Assembly: GCA_041695225.1 (NCBI GenBank)
Contig: JBGFRI010000030.1
Location: 32,001 to 96,000 of the forward strand
DNA: 64,000 bases
Direction of reading: 5' to 3'
From: Deinococcota bacterium
GTDB lineage: Bacteria; Deinococcota; Deinococci; Deinococcales; Thermaceae
Within the stretch, counting starts at the first letter, position 1. Each line of letters starts with the position of its first letter. The notes below the pieces were generated by a model. The model saw only the letters and a list, made by a program, of their open reading frames with translations, was not told the DNA's origin and did no database searches. Both the position numbers and the translations under genes were made by a program. Shown here in pieces: positions 39,640-49,374 of this stretch.

Positions 39640-40032
39640 GTGGTTCAGGAGCAGACTGCCCTTTCCATTACGCCTTTGGCGGCGGAACGCGCCAGGGAAA
39701 TTCTAAACCGATACAACAAACCCGAGGCGGCTATTCGGGTTTTTATCAAGTCTGGTGGCTGTAGTGGCTACCAGTACGGCATGGCGGTAGACGAGCGGGA
39801 GCTCGAGGGCGATACCACCGTAGAAATGCTGGGCGTGCGGCTGGTAGTGGATCGGATGTCCCTGCCCCTGCTAGCAGGCTCCCAGGTGGACTGGGTGGAA
39901 AACCTGATGGGAGGTGGCTTCAGCGTTAATAACCCTCAGGCCACTTCGTCTTGTGGGTGTGGGCACTCTTTCCGCACCGATGGGTCCAGCGCCCCCGATG
40001 GCGAAGGCAGCGGCGGCTGTGGTAGCCGCTAA
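39640..40032 (+). CDS. HesB/IscA-family Fe-S cluster assembly protein
   Basis: GGCSG and CGCGHSF motifs. Confidence 0.93.
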   Translation: MVQEQTALSITPLAAERAREILNRYNKPEAAIRVFIKSGGCSGYQYGMAVDERELEGDTTVEMLGVRLVVDRMSLPLLAGSQVDWVENLMGGGFSVNNPQATSSCGCGHSFRTDGSSAPDGEGSGGCGSR

Positions 40033-40246
40033 GGCGAAATTTGCCTTTTGATATTCCTCTGCCGTAAGCAGAACCCGGGCCATTGACAAATATTGTAGTT
40101 TAGTTTACAAATCGGCGTTTTGATGGGCCTCAACATCCACCAACAGGTGGATGTTGTTCTGTGACCAGGTCCGATTTGTGCCCTCTGCTGGCAAAAAACT
40201 CCCCAAACAATTACTGCATCGGCCCGCAGCCTGTTCAAGCTCGTGT

Positions 40247-40274
40247 TTGACGGCTATGGCCAGATAGCTATAAT
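40247..40274 (+). promoter_or_regulatory. Sigma70-type promoter
   Basis: TTGACG-16 bp-TATAAT upstream of 40342; GCTAT/ATAGC inverted repeat in the spacer. Confidence 0.6.
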
Positions 40275-40341
40275 GGTAGCGGCAAAATGCCACTGCAATA
40301 AAATGGTTCTGCTTAGCCGCAGAATCGCAAAAGGAGGCTAG

Positions 40342-42222
40342 ATGAAGCGATTTAGTAAACTGGTTGCACTTGGTCTAAGTCTGTTGACCAGCGCAGCCCT
40401 GGCCGGCCCGGCTGACAACAGCCTGGTGGTCGGTACCTCGCAGGAACCTCGCGTGCTGGGAGGGGATTTTCTCAATGTGATCTCCAACCAGTCTATCAAG
40501 GTAGAGATCGAGAATTATCTGTTTGCTCCTCTGATGACGCTGGGCCTGGACTCCCAGCCTATTCCCGTTCTGGTTACCGAGGTGCCCACCCTGGCCAACC
40601 GCAGGGTGCGGGTTACCGATGTGGGTGCGGGCAAGCGCCGTGTTGAGATTGATCTGACCCTCAGGCCCAACCTGCGCTGGTCTGACGGCGACGCTCTCGA
40701 TACCGACGACGTGGCTTTCTTTGTGGAGGTGGCCAAGGCCAAGGGAATGGCCCTCAACAACCCCGACTTCTGGGATCGTCTGAGCCTGCGCGTGCGCGAC
40801 CGGCAGAACTTCACCGTTACCTTTGAGCCGGCTTACTACTACGACATTACCGTCTCCTTAGCCGGAAACTTCACTGCGCCCTCGCACATCATGCGTGCCG
40901 AGTGGGAACGGGTCAAAGCTGCCGCCGCCCCTCTCAACCCCGATCGCGATGCCCAGCGCCTGAACGAGCTGTACCGTAACTTCTTCCAGCAGTTCAGCTC
41001 CAATGCTGCCATCAACCGGGGTAGAATGGTCTTTAGTGGGCCCTTCCGCGCTACGCGCTGGGTTCCTAACAGCACCATCGAGATGGTTCGCAACCCCCAC
41101 TTTAACGCCATCGTGCCCGAGGGTGGCCACGAACGCTACGTTCAGCGCGTGGTTTACCGCATTATCCAGAATACCAACTCGCTTTTGGTAGCCATCATGG
41201 GTGGTGGAATTGATGCTACCTCGGCAGTTGGTATTTCGGCAGACCAGGCCCGCAGCAGGCAGCTCCTTACCCGTGCCCCGGGGCGTTTTGATGTCTGGGC
41301 CGTGCCGGGCGCTATCTGGGAGCACATTGACATCAACAAGTTCACCAACGTTCAGCGGGTGCGCGACCTTACCCTGGACGACCGCCGTACCCGCCAGGCC
41401 CTGCTCTATGCCATCAACCGCGACGCCTGGGTGCAGGCCTTCTTTGGCGGTACCGAGCCGGTCTCGCATACCTGGATTGCCCCAACCAACCCCCTGTTTA
41501 GCGATGCCATTAGAAGATACCCCCACAACCCGGCCCGCGCGCGCGAACTGCTGGCCGCCGTAGGCTGGCGCCCCGGCCCCGATGGCATCTTGCAGCGCAC
41601 TGTGGAAGGCCGCACCGTTCGCTTCGAGATGGAGTTTGTGACCACTGCCGGCAATGCCATCCGCGAGCGCACCCAGCAGCTCTTTATCGAGCAGTGGCGC
41701 CAGGTGGGAATTGCCGTGCGTGCTGCCAATGCCCCCAGCGCGGTGGTCTTCGCCGACGACTTTATCCAGCGCGGCGAGGAAGGGCGCTGGCTGTTCTTCA
41801 TGTTCGCCTGGGTTAGCGGTCTGTCCGAAGATGGCAACCTGTTCCAGTTCCGTAATCTGAATACCGGCGCCCAACTGGTGCCTACTCGCGAGAACAACTT
41901 TGCCGGGCAGAACATCGGAAACTGGCGCAACGAAGAGTTTGACCGGCTGACCAGCCAGGGCGCCATTGAGTTCGACGAAGCCCGCCGTAGACAGCTCTTT
42001 GCCCGCGCCCAGCAGATCTGGGCCGAAGAACTGCCAGCCCTACCGCTGCGCTTCCGCTCCAACTTCATAGTGGTACGCAGCGGCCTGGTGAACTACGTCA
42101 CCTCTGCATATGCAGGCGGCAACGGCAACCCTGGGTGGAACGCCTGGGAGATTGGCTGGACCGCCCGTGGTGCGGTGCGCCGCCACGACCAGGCCCAAGC
42201 TGGTGGGGTAGCCATCCGCTAA
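40342..42222 (+). CDS. Peptide ABC transporter substrate-binding protein (family 5)
   Basis: Signal peptide, WSDG, RQALLYAINR, WNAWE. Confidence 0.9.
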   Translation: MKRFSKLVALGLSLLTSAALAGPADNSLVVGTSQEPRVLGGDFLNVISNQSIKVEIENYLFAPLMTLGLDSQPIPVLVTEVPTLANRRVRVTDVGAGKRRVEIDLTLRPNLRWSDGDALDTDDVAFFVEVAKAKGMALNNPDFWDRLSLRVRDRQNFTVTFEPAYYYDITVSLAGNFTAPSHIMRAEWERVKAAAAPLNPDRDAQRLNELYRNFFQQFSSNAAINRGRMVFSGPFRATRWVPNSTIEMVRNPHFNAIVPEGGHERYVQRVVYRIIQNTNSLLVAIMGGGIDATSAVGISADQARSRQLLTRAPGRFDVWAVPGAIWEHIDINKFTNVQRVRDLTLDDRRTRQALLYAINRDAWVQAFFGGTEPVSHTWIAPTNPLFSDAIRRYPHNPARARELLAAVGWRPGPDGILQRTVEGRTVRFEMEFVTTAGNAIRERTQQLFIEQWRQVGIAVRAANAPSAVVFADDFIQRGEEGRWLFFMFAWVSGLSEDGNLFQFRNLNTGAQLVPTRENNFAGQNIGNWRNEEFDRLTSQGAIEFDEARRRQLFARAQQIWAEELPALPLRFRSNFIVVRSGLVNYVTSAYAGGNGNPGWNAWEIGWTARGAVRRHDQAQAGGVAIR

Positions 42223-42240
42223 GGCCGCTTTACTTTCAAC

Positions 42241-42267
42241 AAACCAGGGGGTCACCCCCTGGTTTTT
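42241..42267 (+). terminator. Rho-independent terminator-like hairpin
   Basis: AAACCAGGGGG-TCA-CCCCCTGGTTT followed by T residues. Confidence 0.7.
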
Positions 42268-42646
42268 CCATAACAGGAGCTAGTGGTAGTTCCGAAAGAT
42301 GCCGACAGATGGCGCCAATCCTGCCCCCGGTAATTCGGTCGCCTCGAGGACTTCCACTTACCCCCTTCGAGGTGCTCCCTTCGACATACCCAGGGCAAGC
42401 GGGGTTAGTCCACGAGGGGAGCGGGAGTAAGAGCCGGTGAGATTCTTCGTCGCTACGCTCCTCAGAATGACAGAGAAGGGCTCCTCAGAATCACAGAGGA
42501 AGGTTAATCAGAGTGAGGCTAATCAAAGTGGCAGAGGAAAGCGCCCACAGAATGACAGAGGAATGCGCCCAGGTCGTAGTATGGTGCTGTGAGTGAAGAG
42601 ATAGAGTCGGTGCCAGGCCACAGGCTGGCAGCAGGGGGAGGCAAGG

Positions 42647-44494
42647 ATGATACGAAAGCTGATGGGGTTGATAGTGTTGGGGGGTCTGGCCCTGGCTGGC
42701 CCCGAGGACAACAGTCTGGTAATCGGAGCGGCGCAGGAGCCTAGGGTACTGGCGGGGGATGTGGTCAATGTCATCTCGAACCAGTCCATCAAGTTTGAGA
42801 TCGAAAACTTTCTGTTTGCGCCCATGCTTCAGACCAACCGCGACCTCGAGCTCATTCCCGTGGTAGCCACCGAGGTGCCCACGGTGCAAAATGGCCGGGT
42901 GCGCTTTAGCAATATTCGCCCTGGGGTGCGCCGGCTCGAGATTGACTACACCATCCGCCCCGAGGCAGTCTGGTCGGATGGGCGCGCCATCACTACCGAG
43001 GACGTGGCGCTGTGGTTCGAGATCGGGCAGACCCGGGGGGTTGCCTCGACGCTGGTAGACTTTTTTGAGCGGTCCAGTCTGCGCGTGCGTGACGCGCGAA
43101 ACTTTACGGTTACCCTCGAGCCAGCCTACTTTTACGACCTGGAGGTACACCGGGCCTTTTATGCCCCCAACCACATCATGCGGACCGAGTGGGACCGGGC
43201 CAAAGAGGCCGCCGCCCGCACCACCGAGGCCGCGCGCCAGGCCGAGATATTCCGCAATTTCTTCAACCAGTTTTCTAACCCGCAGTTTCTCAATTCCGGG
43301 CGCATGGTTTACTCCGGGGCATTCACCCTCACCCGCTGGGTTCCGGGAAGCAGCCTGGAAATGCGGCGCAACCCGCGCTTCTGGATCAAACCCCCAGGGG
43401 GCGAGGAAAGGTATGTGCAGCGGGTGGTTTACCGCTTCATCCAGAACACCAACTCGCTGCTGGTGGCCATTCTGGGGGGCGGGATTGATGCAGGTTCCAG
43501 CGTCTCCATCACCTTCGACCAGGGCATCAGTCCCCAGCTGGTAAACCGGGCGCAGGGCCGTTTTGAACTCTGGTCGGTGCCCACGCCTTTCTTCGAGCAT
43601 ATCGAGATCAATCAGTTCACCAACGTGCAGCAGGTGCGCGACCTCCAGCTCCACGACCCCCGCACCCGCCAGGCCTTGACCCTGGCCATGAACCGCGAAG
43701 GAATCGTGCGTTCCTTTTTCAATAATTTCTACAGCGTGGCCCACACCTGGGTCTCGCCGCAGAACCCCATGATCAATCCTAATGTCACCCGCTACCCCTT
43801 CAACCCAGATCGGGCCCGGCAGCTCCTGGCCGAACTGGGCTGGCGGCCCGGCCCGGATGGAATTCTGCAGCGCAGCGTGGATGGCCGGACGGTGCGATTC
43901 GAGCTGGAGTGGGCTACCACCTCGGGTAATGTTGTGCGCGAGCGCATCCAGCAGTTTGTGGCAGAAAACTACCGCCAGGTGGGCATTGCAGTGCGAATCA
44001 GAAATGCTCCCAGCGCAGTGGTGCTGGGGGCGCCGTTTCGCTCGAGGGCGCAGGAAGGAACCTGGACAGGCTTTCTGCAGTTTGCCTTCAGCATGGGCCA
44101 GGCCGACGATGGGGTACGCTCGGGCTGCCGAGACGACGAGGGCCGGGTCATTCACATCCCCACCCGGGAGAACGGCTTTAGGGGGCTCAACTTTGGCGGC
44201 TGGTGCAACGAAGAGTTCGACCGCCTGCGCAACCAGGCCGTAGTGGAATTCGACGCCAACCGGCGCAGACAGACCTTCGCCCGGATGCAGGAGATCTGGG
44301 CCAGCGAAGTGGCCATGATACCCCTCTACTTTGTCTCCGATGTGCGGGTTTTCCGGGTTGGCCTGCTCAACTATGTCTCCTCGACCTTTGCCAGCTCGGC
44401 CTACCCCACCATCGAGCCCTGGCTCATCGGCTGGCGGCAGCGCGGGGCGCAGCAGGTCTACGACCAGGCCAGGTACGCCCAGCGCATCCGGTAG
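42647..44494 (+). CDS. Peptide ABC transporter substrate-binding protein (paralog)
   Basis: Colinear with 40342-42222. Confidence 0.9.
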   Translation: MIRKLMGLIVLGGLALAGPEDNSLVIGAAQEPRVLAGDVVNVISNQSIKFEIENFLFAPMLQTNRDLELIPVVATEVPTVQNGRVRFSNIRPGVRRLEIDYTIRPEAVWSDGRAITTEDVALWFEIGQTRGVASTLVDFFERSSLRVRDARNFTVTLEPAYFYDLEVHRAFYAPNHIMRTEWDRAKEAAARTTEAARQAEIFRNFFNQFSNPQFLNSGRMVYSGAFTLTRWVPGSSLEMRRNPRFWIKPPGGEERYVQRVVYRFIQNTNSLLVAILGGGIDAGSSVSITFDQGISPQLVNRAQGRFELWSVPTPFFEHIEINQFTNVQQVRDLQLHDPRTRQALTLAMNREGIVRSFFNNFYSVAHTWVSPQNPMINPNVTRYPFNPDRARQLLAELGWRPGPDGILQRSVDGRTVRFELEWATTSGNVVRERIQQFVAENYRQVGIAVRIRNAPSAVVLGAPFRSRAQEGTWTGFLQFAFSMGQADDGVRSGCRDDEGRVIHIPTRENGFRGLNFGGWCNEEFDRLRNQAVVEFDANRRRQTFARMQEIWASEVAMIPLYFVSDVRVFRVGLLNYVSSTFASSAYPTIEPWLIGWRQRGAQQVYDQARYAQRIR

Positions 44495-44506
44495 CGGTGG
44501 CTTCCC

Positions 44507-44536
44507 CAACCCCTTCTAAGCTAGAAGGGGTTGTTT
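44507..44536 (+). terminator. Hairpin after the second binding protein
   Basis: CAACCCCTTCTA-AGC-TAGAAGGGGTTG then TTT. Confidence 0.6.
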
Positions 44537-44666
44537 CGCTTTCCCGGCCGACACATTGTCGGCCGGTTCTCTGGCCGCCCCTGTGCGCATCATCCACCGT
44601 TCGGTGGATGATCAAAATTAGAAGCGACTAGAACCAAAAACGGTCAAGAGACAGTAATATAGTCGG

Positions 44667-45677
44667 GTGTTTGCTTATACACTCCGCCGAGTGCTGCAAA
44701 TGATCCCGTTGTTGTTTGCGGCTTCAGTAGTCATCTTTACCTTGCTGGCCCTACAGCCCGGAGACCCTCTGGACGAACTGCGGCAGCAGAACCCTCGCCT
44801 TACTGCCGAACAGTTCGAGCAGCTTCGCCGGGCCCACGGCCTTGACCAGCCCATATATGTGCGCTACTTCAAGTGGCTTGGAAGGGCTATCCAGGGAGAC
44901 TTTGGTCAGTCCCGCACCTATGCCTCGCCCGCCGGGCAGTTTGTCTTTGAGCAGCGTCTGCCGCGCACTTTGATTCTCTCGGGTGCGGCCCTGCTCCTGG
45001 CCTTGCTGGTGGCCATTCCGGTGGGCATCTTCTCGGCAGTGCGGCAGTATAGCCGGGCTGATTATGCCATTACTTTTATGTCCTTTGTGGGGTTTTCAAT
45101 GCCAGTCTTTTTTTTGGGCATCCTGCTGCTGTTTACCTTTGCGGTCTGGCTGCCGGAACAAATACAGGGGTTCCCGCGTTTTCCGGTGCAGAGCGTCTCT
45201 GACTTCCAGTGGGTGCAGGTACTCGAGGGGCAGATCACCTTTTTCCAGTACATTGGCGACTGGGCCTTCAAGTTAGTACTGCCGGTGCTAACCCTCTCGA
45301 CCATCCAGATGGCGGCCTGGACCCGCTATATGCGGGCTAGCCTGCTCGAGGTCTTAAACCAGGACTACATACGCACCGCCCGCGCAAAAGGGCTGGGCGA
45401 GCGTATTGTGCTCTACAAACACGCCCTGCGCAATGCCCTGATCCCGCTGGTAACCCTGGTGGGTCTGGCAATTCCGGGGGTATTTGGCGGGGCGGTAATC
45501 ACTGAGACTATCTTCTCGTATCCCGGTATGGGCCGGGCAATCTTCGACTCGCTGATTGAAAAAGACTATAACGTGGCCATGGCAGCCCTGGCCTTTCTGG
45601 CCTTACTGACAGCCACCTTCAACCTGGTGGCCGATCTGATGTATGCGGTGGTAGATCCGCGTATCCGTTATAGTTAG
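44667..45677 (+). CDS. Peptide ABC transporter permease (OppB/DppB-like)
   Basis: QDYIRTARAKG, HALRNAL, DPRIR. Confidence 0.93.
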   Translation: MFAYTLRRVLQMIPLLFAASVVIFTLLALQPGDPLDELRQQNPRLTAEQFEQLRRAHGLDQPIYVRYFKWLGRAIQGDFGQSRTYASPAGQFVFEQRLPRTLILSGAALLLALLVAIPVGIFSAVRQYSRADYAITFMSFVGFSMPVFFLGILLLFTFAVWLPEQIQGFPRFPVQSVSDFQWVQVLEGQITFFQYIGDWAFKLVLPVLTLSTIQMAAWTRYMRASLLEVLNQDYIRTARAKGLGERIVLYKHALRNALIPLVTLVGLAIPGVFGGAVITETIFSYPGMGRAIFDSLIEKDYNVAMAALAFLALLTATFNLVADLMYAVVDPRIRYS

Positions 45678-45685
45678 GGGGTTGT

Positions 45686-46903
45686 ATGGCCGCCGTTGCA
45701 GCAAAATCTTCCCAAAAAACCCAGTCCACCCTGGCTCTGGCCTGGAGACGCTTCAGAAAACACAAAGCCGCCATGGTCTCGCTGGGCGTGGTGATCTCCC
45801 TGGTGCTGATGGCAGTTTTTGCCCCCTGGATTGCACCCCATAGCCCGACTGCCCAGCCTACCGGCGACGACCTGGCCGCCTACTTTTTCCAGGGACCCTC
45901 GGCGCAGCACTGGCTGGGCACCGACGACCTGGGCCGCGATGTCCTTTCGCGCCTGATCTATGGCGCCCAGATCTCACTGCTGGTGGGGTTTATCGCCGCT
46001 TTTGCGGCGGCCCTGATTGGCACCACCCTAGGCGTGCTGGCCGGCTACTACTCGGGCCGGCCGCTGCGTTTCTACGCCGGCCCATTTGCTAAGGGTTCAG
46101 GCGGCTTTAGACCCCTGCCTTTTGCAGTCTGGCGGGTTGTCTCCTGGCTGCTGCTGTTTTTGCTGCTGTATCTGGCCGCCGACCTGGCCTGGCAGCTCTC
46201 CGGAACAAATGTACAAGCGCTGTTTGCCGGCGCGGTGACCCTGAACAATGTCCTGTCGCTGCTGGGCTTAGCCCTGGTCTGGGGCCTGGTGCTGTTTGGT
46301 GTGTTCTGGGGGTTGTTCGGCCAGAACCGAATTGACCTGGATGTGATCATCTCGCGCTTTATGGACTTTATGCTCACCATCCCCGAGCTGCCGCTGTTGC
46401 TGGTGCTCTCGGCCCTGCTCCGAGATACCCAGGGGGTGGTAGGGCAGTGGGCCAACCAGGTTTTTGGCGAGGCGGCCTCGGTCTTCATTATCATTACCAT
46501 TATTGTGCTGTTTGGCTGGATAGGAACCGGCCGCCTGATGCGGGGGGCGGTGTTGAGCCTGCGCGAGCAGGAGTTCACCACTGCCGCCCAGGCCCTCGGT
46601 GCTGGTGAGGCGCGCATTATGTTCCGGCATCTGGTACCCAACACCCTGGCCCCGCTGATCGTGAACGCCACCCTGGCTGTCGGGGGCGCGATACTGACCG
46701 AGGCGGCCCTCTCGTTCCTGGGTTTTGGCATCCAGCCGCCCGTAGCCACCTGGGGTAACATGCTGACCCGGGCCCAGGAGTACATTTTTACTGCCCCCTG
46801 GCTGGCGCTGGCGCCGGGCTTCATGATCTTTATCACCGTGCTGGCCTTCAACTACCTGGGGGATGGTCTGCGGGACGCGCTCGATCCGCGTAGCAGGCTG
46901 TAA
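45686..46903 (+). CDS. Peptide ABC transporter permease (OppC/DppC-like)
   Basis: HWLGTDDLGRD, EAALSFLG, GDGLRDALDPR. Confidence 0.93.
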   Translation: MAAVAAKSSQKTQSTLALAWRRFRKHKAAMVSLGVVISLVLMAVFAPWIAPHSPTAQPTGDDLAAYFFQGPSAQHWLGTDDLGRDVLSRLIYGAQISLLVGFIAAFAAALIGTTLGVLAGYYSGRPLRFYAGPFAKGSGGFRPLPFAVWRVVSWLLLFLLLYLAADLAWQLSGTNVQALFAGAVTLNNVLSLLGLALVWGLVLFGVFWGLFGQNRIDLDVIISRFMDFMLTIPELPLLLVLSALLRDTQGVVGQWANQVFGEAASVFIIITIIVLFGWIGTGRLMRGAVLSLREQEFTTAAQALGAGEARIMFRHLVPNTLAPLIVNATLAVGGAILTEAALSFLGFGIQPPVATWGNMLTRAQEYIFTAPWLALAPGFMIFITVLAFNYLGDGLRDALDPRSRL

Positions 46904-47262
46904 GCGAATGTCGCAGGTCGCAAGTCTCAGGTCCAGGGTCGGCTGGGCTGGGAGTGTCTAGAGCCTCCCCAAAGATTGCTGGTTTTTTACTTTCGGACTT
47001 CAACTCCATCACACCCAGCGCGTGCTGCGCGATGGTTTGAAAACCTCGCCGATCTTACGAGCCAGTTAGCCTCAGGCCCTTGGCGAAGCAGTCTAGGGCC
47101 GCTCACCGAGCCAGGCACCGCTTGTTCTTGTTGCGGGCTTATGGCAATTGACCAGGGGGTCTATGGCGCCTGGTAGTCTGCTCCTTGCACCGATAAATGA
47201 GTATTGGTGGCTTGCGGGGAAATCTAACGGTGCCTGGGCCGGGCTGATTGTATTGTACTGAA

Positions 47263-48240
47263 ATGCGCGCTGTGCTGGTAACCAGCTTGTTGGTCTTGAT
47301 GCCGGTGGTTTCTGCACAAGAGACCTCGGCCTTCGGGGTAGCCTGGGAGTGTACGGTTCCAGAAGAAAATGTGCTCTGTCTGGATGCCTCGAGCCTGCTA
47401 CAGTTTGGCCTGCGCCGTGATGGGGCCAGACCTGCCGAGCCGGGACTGGCTTTTGGCGCAGGGTTGCAGGTGCAGACCCGGCAAGAAGGGGTTGAGGTAC
47501 GAGCCAGCCTGGCCCTGTGGTACGAGGCGGTGATGCAGCTAGGGCTGCTGGAGGCCTACACCCAGATGGACTTTGGGGAGTTTGGCCTGAGCCTGGGTAA
47601 ACGCCGCGATTATAGCGGCCCCTGGGACGATACCCTGATGGGGCGGGATGGGCGATGGGGAGTTTTTGCTGGCTATACTCCCGCCGAGATACCCTGGCTG
47701 GGTGTTGAAATGGCCTACCTGCCCAGTGCGGGAATGAGGGGTGGGCAGGCCTTTGTGGGTAGCCGGCTTTACATCTTCCGGCTGGGAGCCTTTGTGGAAG
47801 TGGTGCAGGCTTCCGGGGGTCTGGGTGCGCTGGAGCCTTCCATAAGGGTTAATCCCAGGCTGGGGCTGCAAGGGCAGCAGGTAGAGGTTTTCTGGCAGCA
47901 AGACCGGGGTTTCTGGAGCACTGCCTCCATACCGCTGCCCCTGGGGCAGGCCCTGGGTCATGTGTTAAAGCCTCCCTTCGACGCCCAGACCCAGGCCTGG
48001 ATACACGCGTTAGACCAGGGCCGGGTTGAGTGGTTACTGTGGTGGAACCCGGCATGGGAGTACCTGGGTGAGGGTAGCCCTTTCCGGCCCGAGCGACGTT
48101 TAGAAGCCTGGCTGCAGGAGCCGCGCAAACTGCTGGTCGGGGTAGCCTACAACTGGAACGACCAGATGCGCCTGGGAATAGACCTTTCCAGAGCTCCGGT
48201 AGAGGCAGTGCGCCTGTACCTGCAGGTTTACTGGCGGTAG
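47263..48240 (+). CDS. Hypothetical exported protein, possibly an outer-membrane beta-barrel
   Basis: Signal-peptide-like start, alternating aromatic/hydrophobic strands, C-terminal LYLQVYWR. Confidence 0.55.
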   Translation: MRAVLVTSLLVLMPVVSAQETSAFGVAWECTVPEENVLCLDASSLLQFGLRRDGARPAEPGLAFGAGLQVQTRQEGVEVRASLALWYEAVMQLGLLEAYTQMDFGEFGLSLGKRRDYSGPWDDTLMGRDGRWGVFAGYTPAEIPWLGVEMAYLPSAGMRGGQAFVGSRLYIFRLGAFVEVVQASGGLGALEPSIRVNPRLGLQGQQVEVFWQQDRGFWSTASIPLPLGQALGHVLKPPFDAQTQAWIHALDQGRVEWLLWWNPAWEYLGEGSPFRPERRLEAWLQEPRKLLVGVAYNWNDQMRLGIDLSRAPVEAVRLYLQVYWR

Positions 48241-49043
48241 GGCTGGTAGCCGGCGCGTACAAAGTAAAGGCCCTGCGCCGGCGCCGTAGCCCCAGCATTC
48301 TGACGGTCTCTGCTTTTGAGCAGGGCGCTAAAGGAGCTCGAGTCGCGCTTGCCCAACCCTACCTCGACCAGCGTACCCACCATGCTGCGCACCTGCCCGC
48401 GCAAAAAGCCCGAACCCACAAACTCAATCCAGATCTCCCGCCCGCCCTCGCTGGGCCACACTTCCAGATGGGTGCGGTAGATCTGCCGCACGGTAGCACG
48501 CTCTTCTTTGACGGCAAAGGCCCTGAAGTCGTGGGTACCCGCCAGGTATTCCAGCGCATGTCGCATGGGAATCAGGTTGAGAGACTGGGGAATCCACCAG
48601 ACCCTGTGGCGGTCCAGGGCTGGGGGCATCCGGCGTTGGGCAATACGGTAGCGGTACTCGCGCCAGTAGCAGCTCTTGCGGGCATGAAAGTCGCGGGATA
48701 CCTCCTGGGCAGCCACGGCCCGAACATCCGGAGGTAGCAGGCTGTTGAGGGCGTGGGGAATTTTTTCGGTGGGGATGCTGTCTTCGGTATCGTAGTGGAT
48801 GGGCATGGCCAGCGCATGTACGCCGGCGTCGGTGCGGCCGCAGGCCCAGATTTTGGGCCTTGCGCCGGGAATCTTGTCCAGAGCGGCCTCGAGCACCTGC
48901 TGCACGGTTCGCACTGGCCTGGCCCGGGGGAGTTTCCCCTCGGTGGCAGAGGGGACTAAAGGCAGAGGGTTAGCCCGGACCTGGGTCTGAAGTCCGGCGA
49001 AATGGGTTCCGTCGTACTCGAGGGTTACCAGGATGCGCCGCAT
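48228..49043 (-). CDS. truA: tRNA pseudouridine(38-40) synthase
   Basis: EYDGT, GRTDAGVHA, FHARKS, FLRGQVR, APAQGL. Confidence 0.95.
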   Translation of the reverse strand: MRRILVTLEYDGTHFAGLQTQVRANPLPLVPSATEGKLPRARPVRTVQQVLEAALDKIPGARPKIWACGRTDAGVHALAMPIHYDTEDSIPTEKIPHALNSLLPPDVRAVAAQEVSRDFHARKSCYWREYRYRIAQRRMPPALDRHRVWWIPQSLNLIPMRHALEYLAGTHDFRAFAVKEERATVRQIYRTHLEVWPSEGGREIWIEFVGSGFLRGQVRSMVGTLVEVGLGKRDSSSFSALLKSRDRQNAGATAPAQGLYFVRAGYQPYRQ

Positions 49044-49217
49044 CCGGGGAACGGATTCAGATAACGATTCAGAGCCTTCCAAAACGAAAACTATTCTATC
49101 GCGGCGCTGAGTGTTTATACTGGGGCCAAAACAAACACCGGGGGCTTATAGGGTCGAGAGTCAAGAGCAGAAAGCCTGCAATCTTCAGGGAGGCTCGAGC
49201 CTCTCCCGGCCCAGTCT

Positions 49218-49356
49218 GACCCTAGACCCTAGACCTGCGACCCGGGTCTTGCGACCCGTGACCTGCGACCTGCGACCATGGCCGATAGCTGATAGCCAAT
49301 AGCTGATAGCTTTTGGCCTGAGACCTTCGACCCTCGACCCTCGACCCTCGACCTGA
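49218..49356. repeat. Heptamer tandem arrays (GACCYGY, GCTGATA, GACCCTC)
   Basis: Direct reading; related arrays at 39461-39530, 46909-46941 and 54999-55086. Confidence 0.85.
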
Positions 49357-49374
49357 ATTGCGTTACCGATACCA

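Noticed and set aside
42491..44509. Long antisense ORFs (also 40858-41874, 46072-46851, 57793-58896)
   Set aside because: Shadows of GC-rich genes with clear family motifs on the opposite strand.
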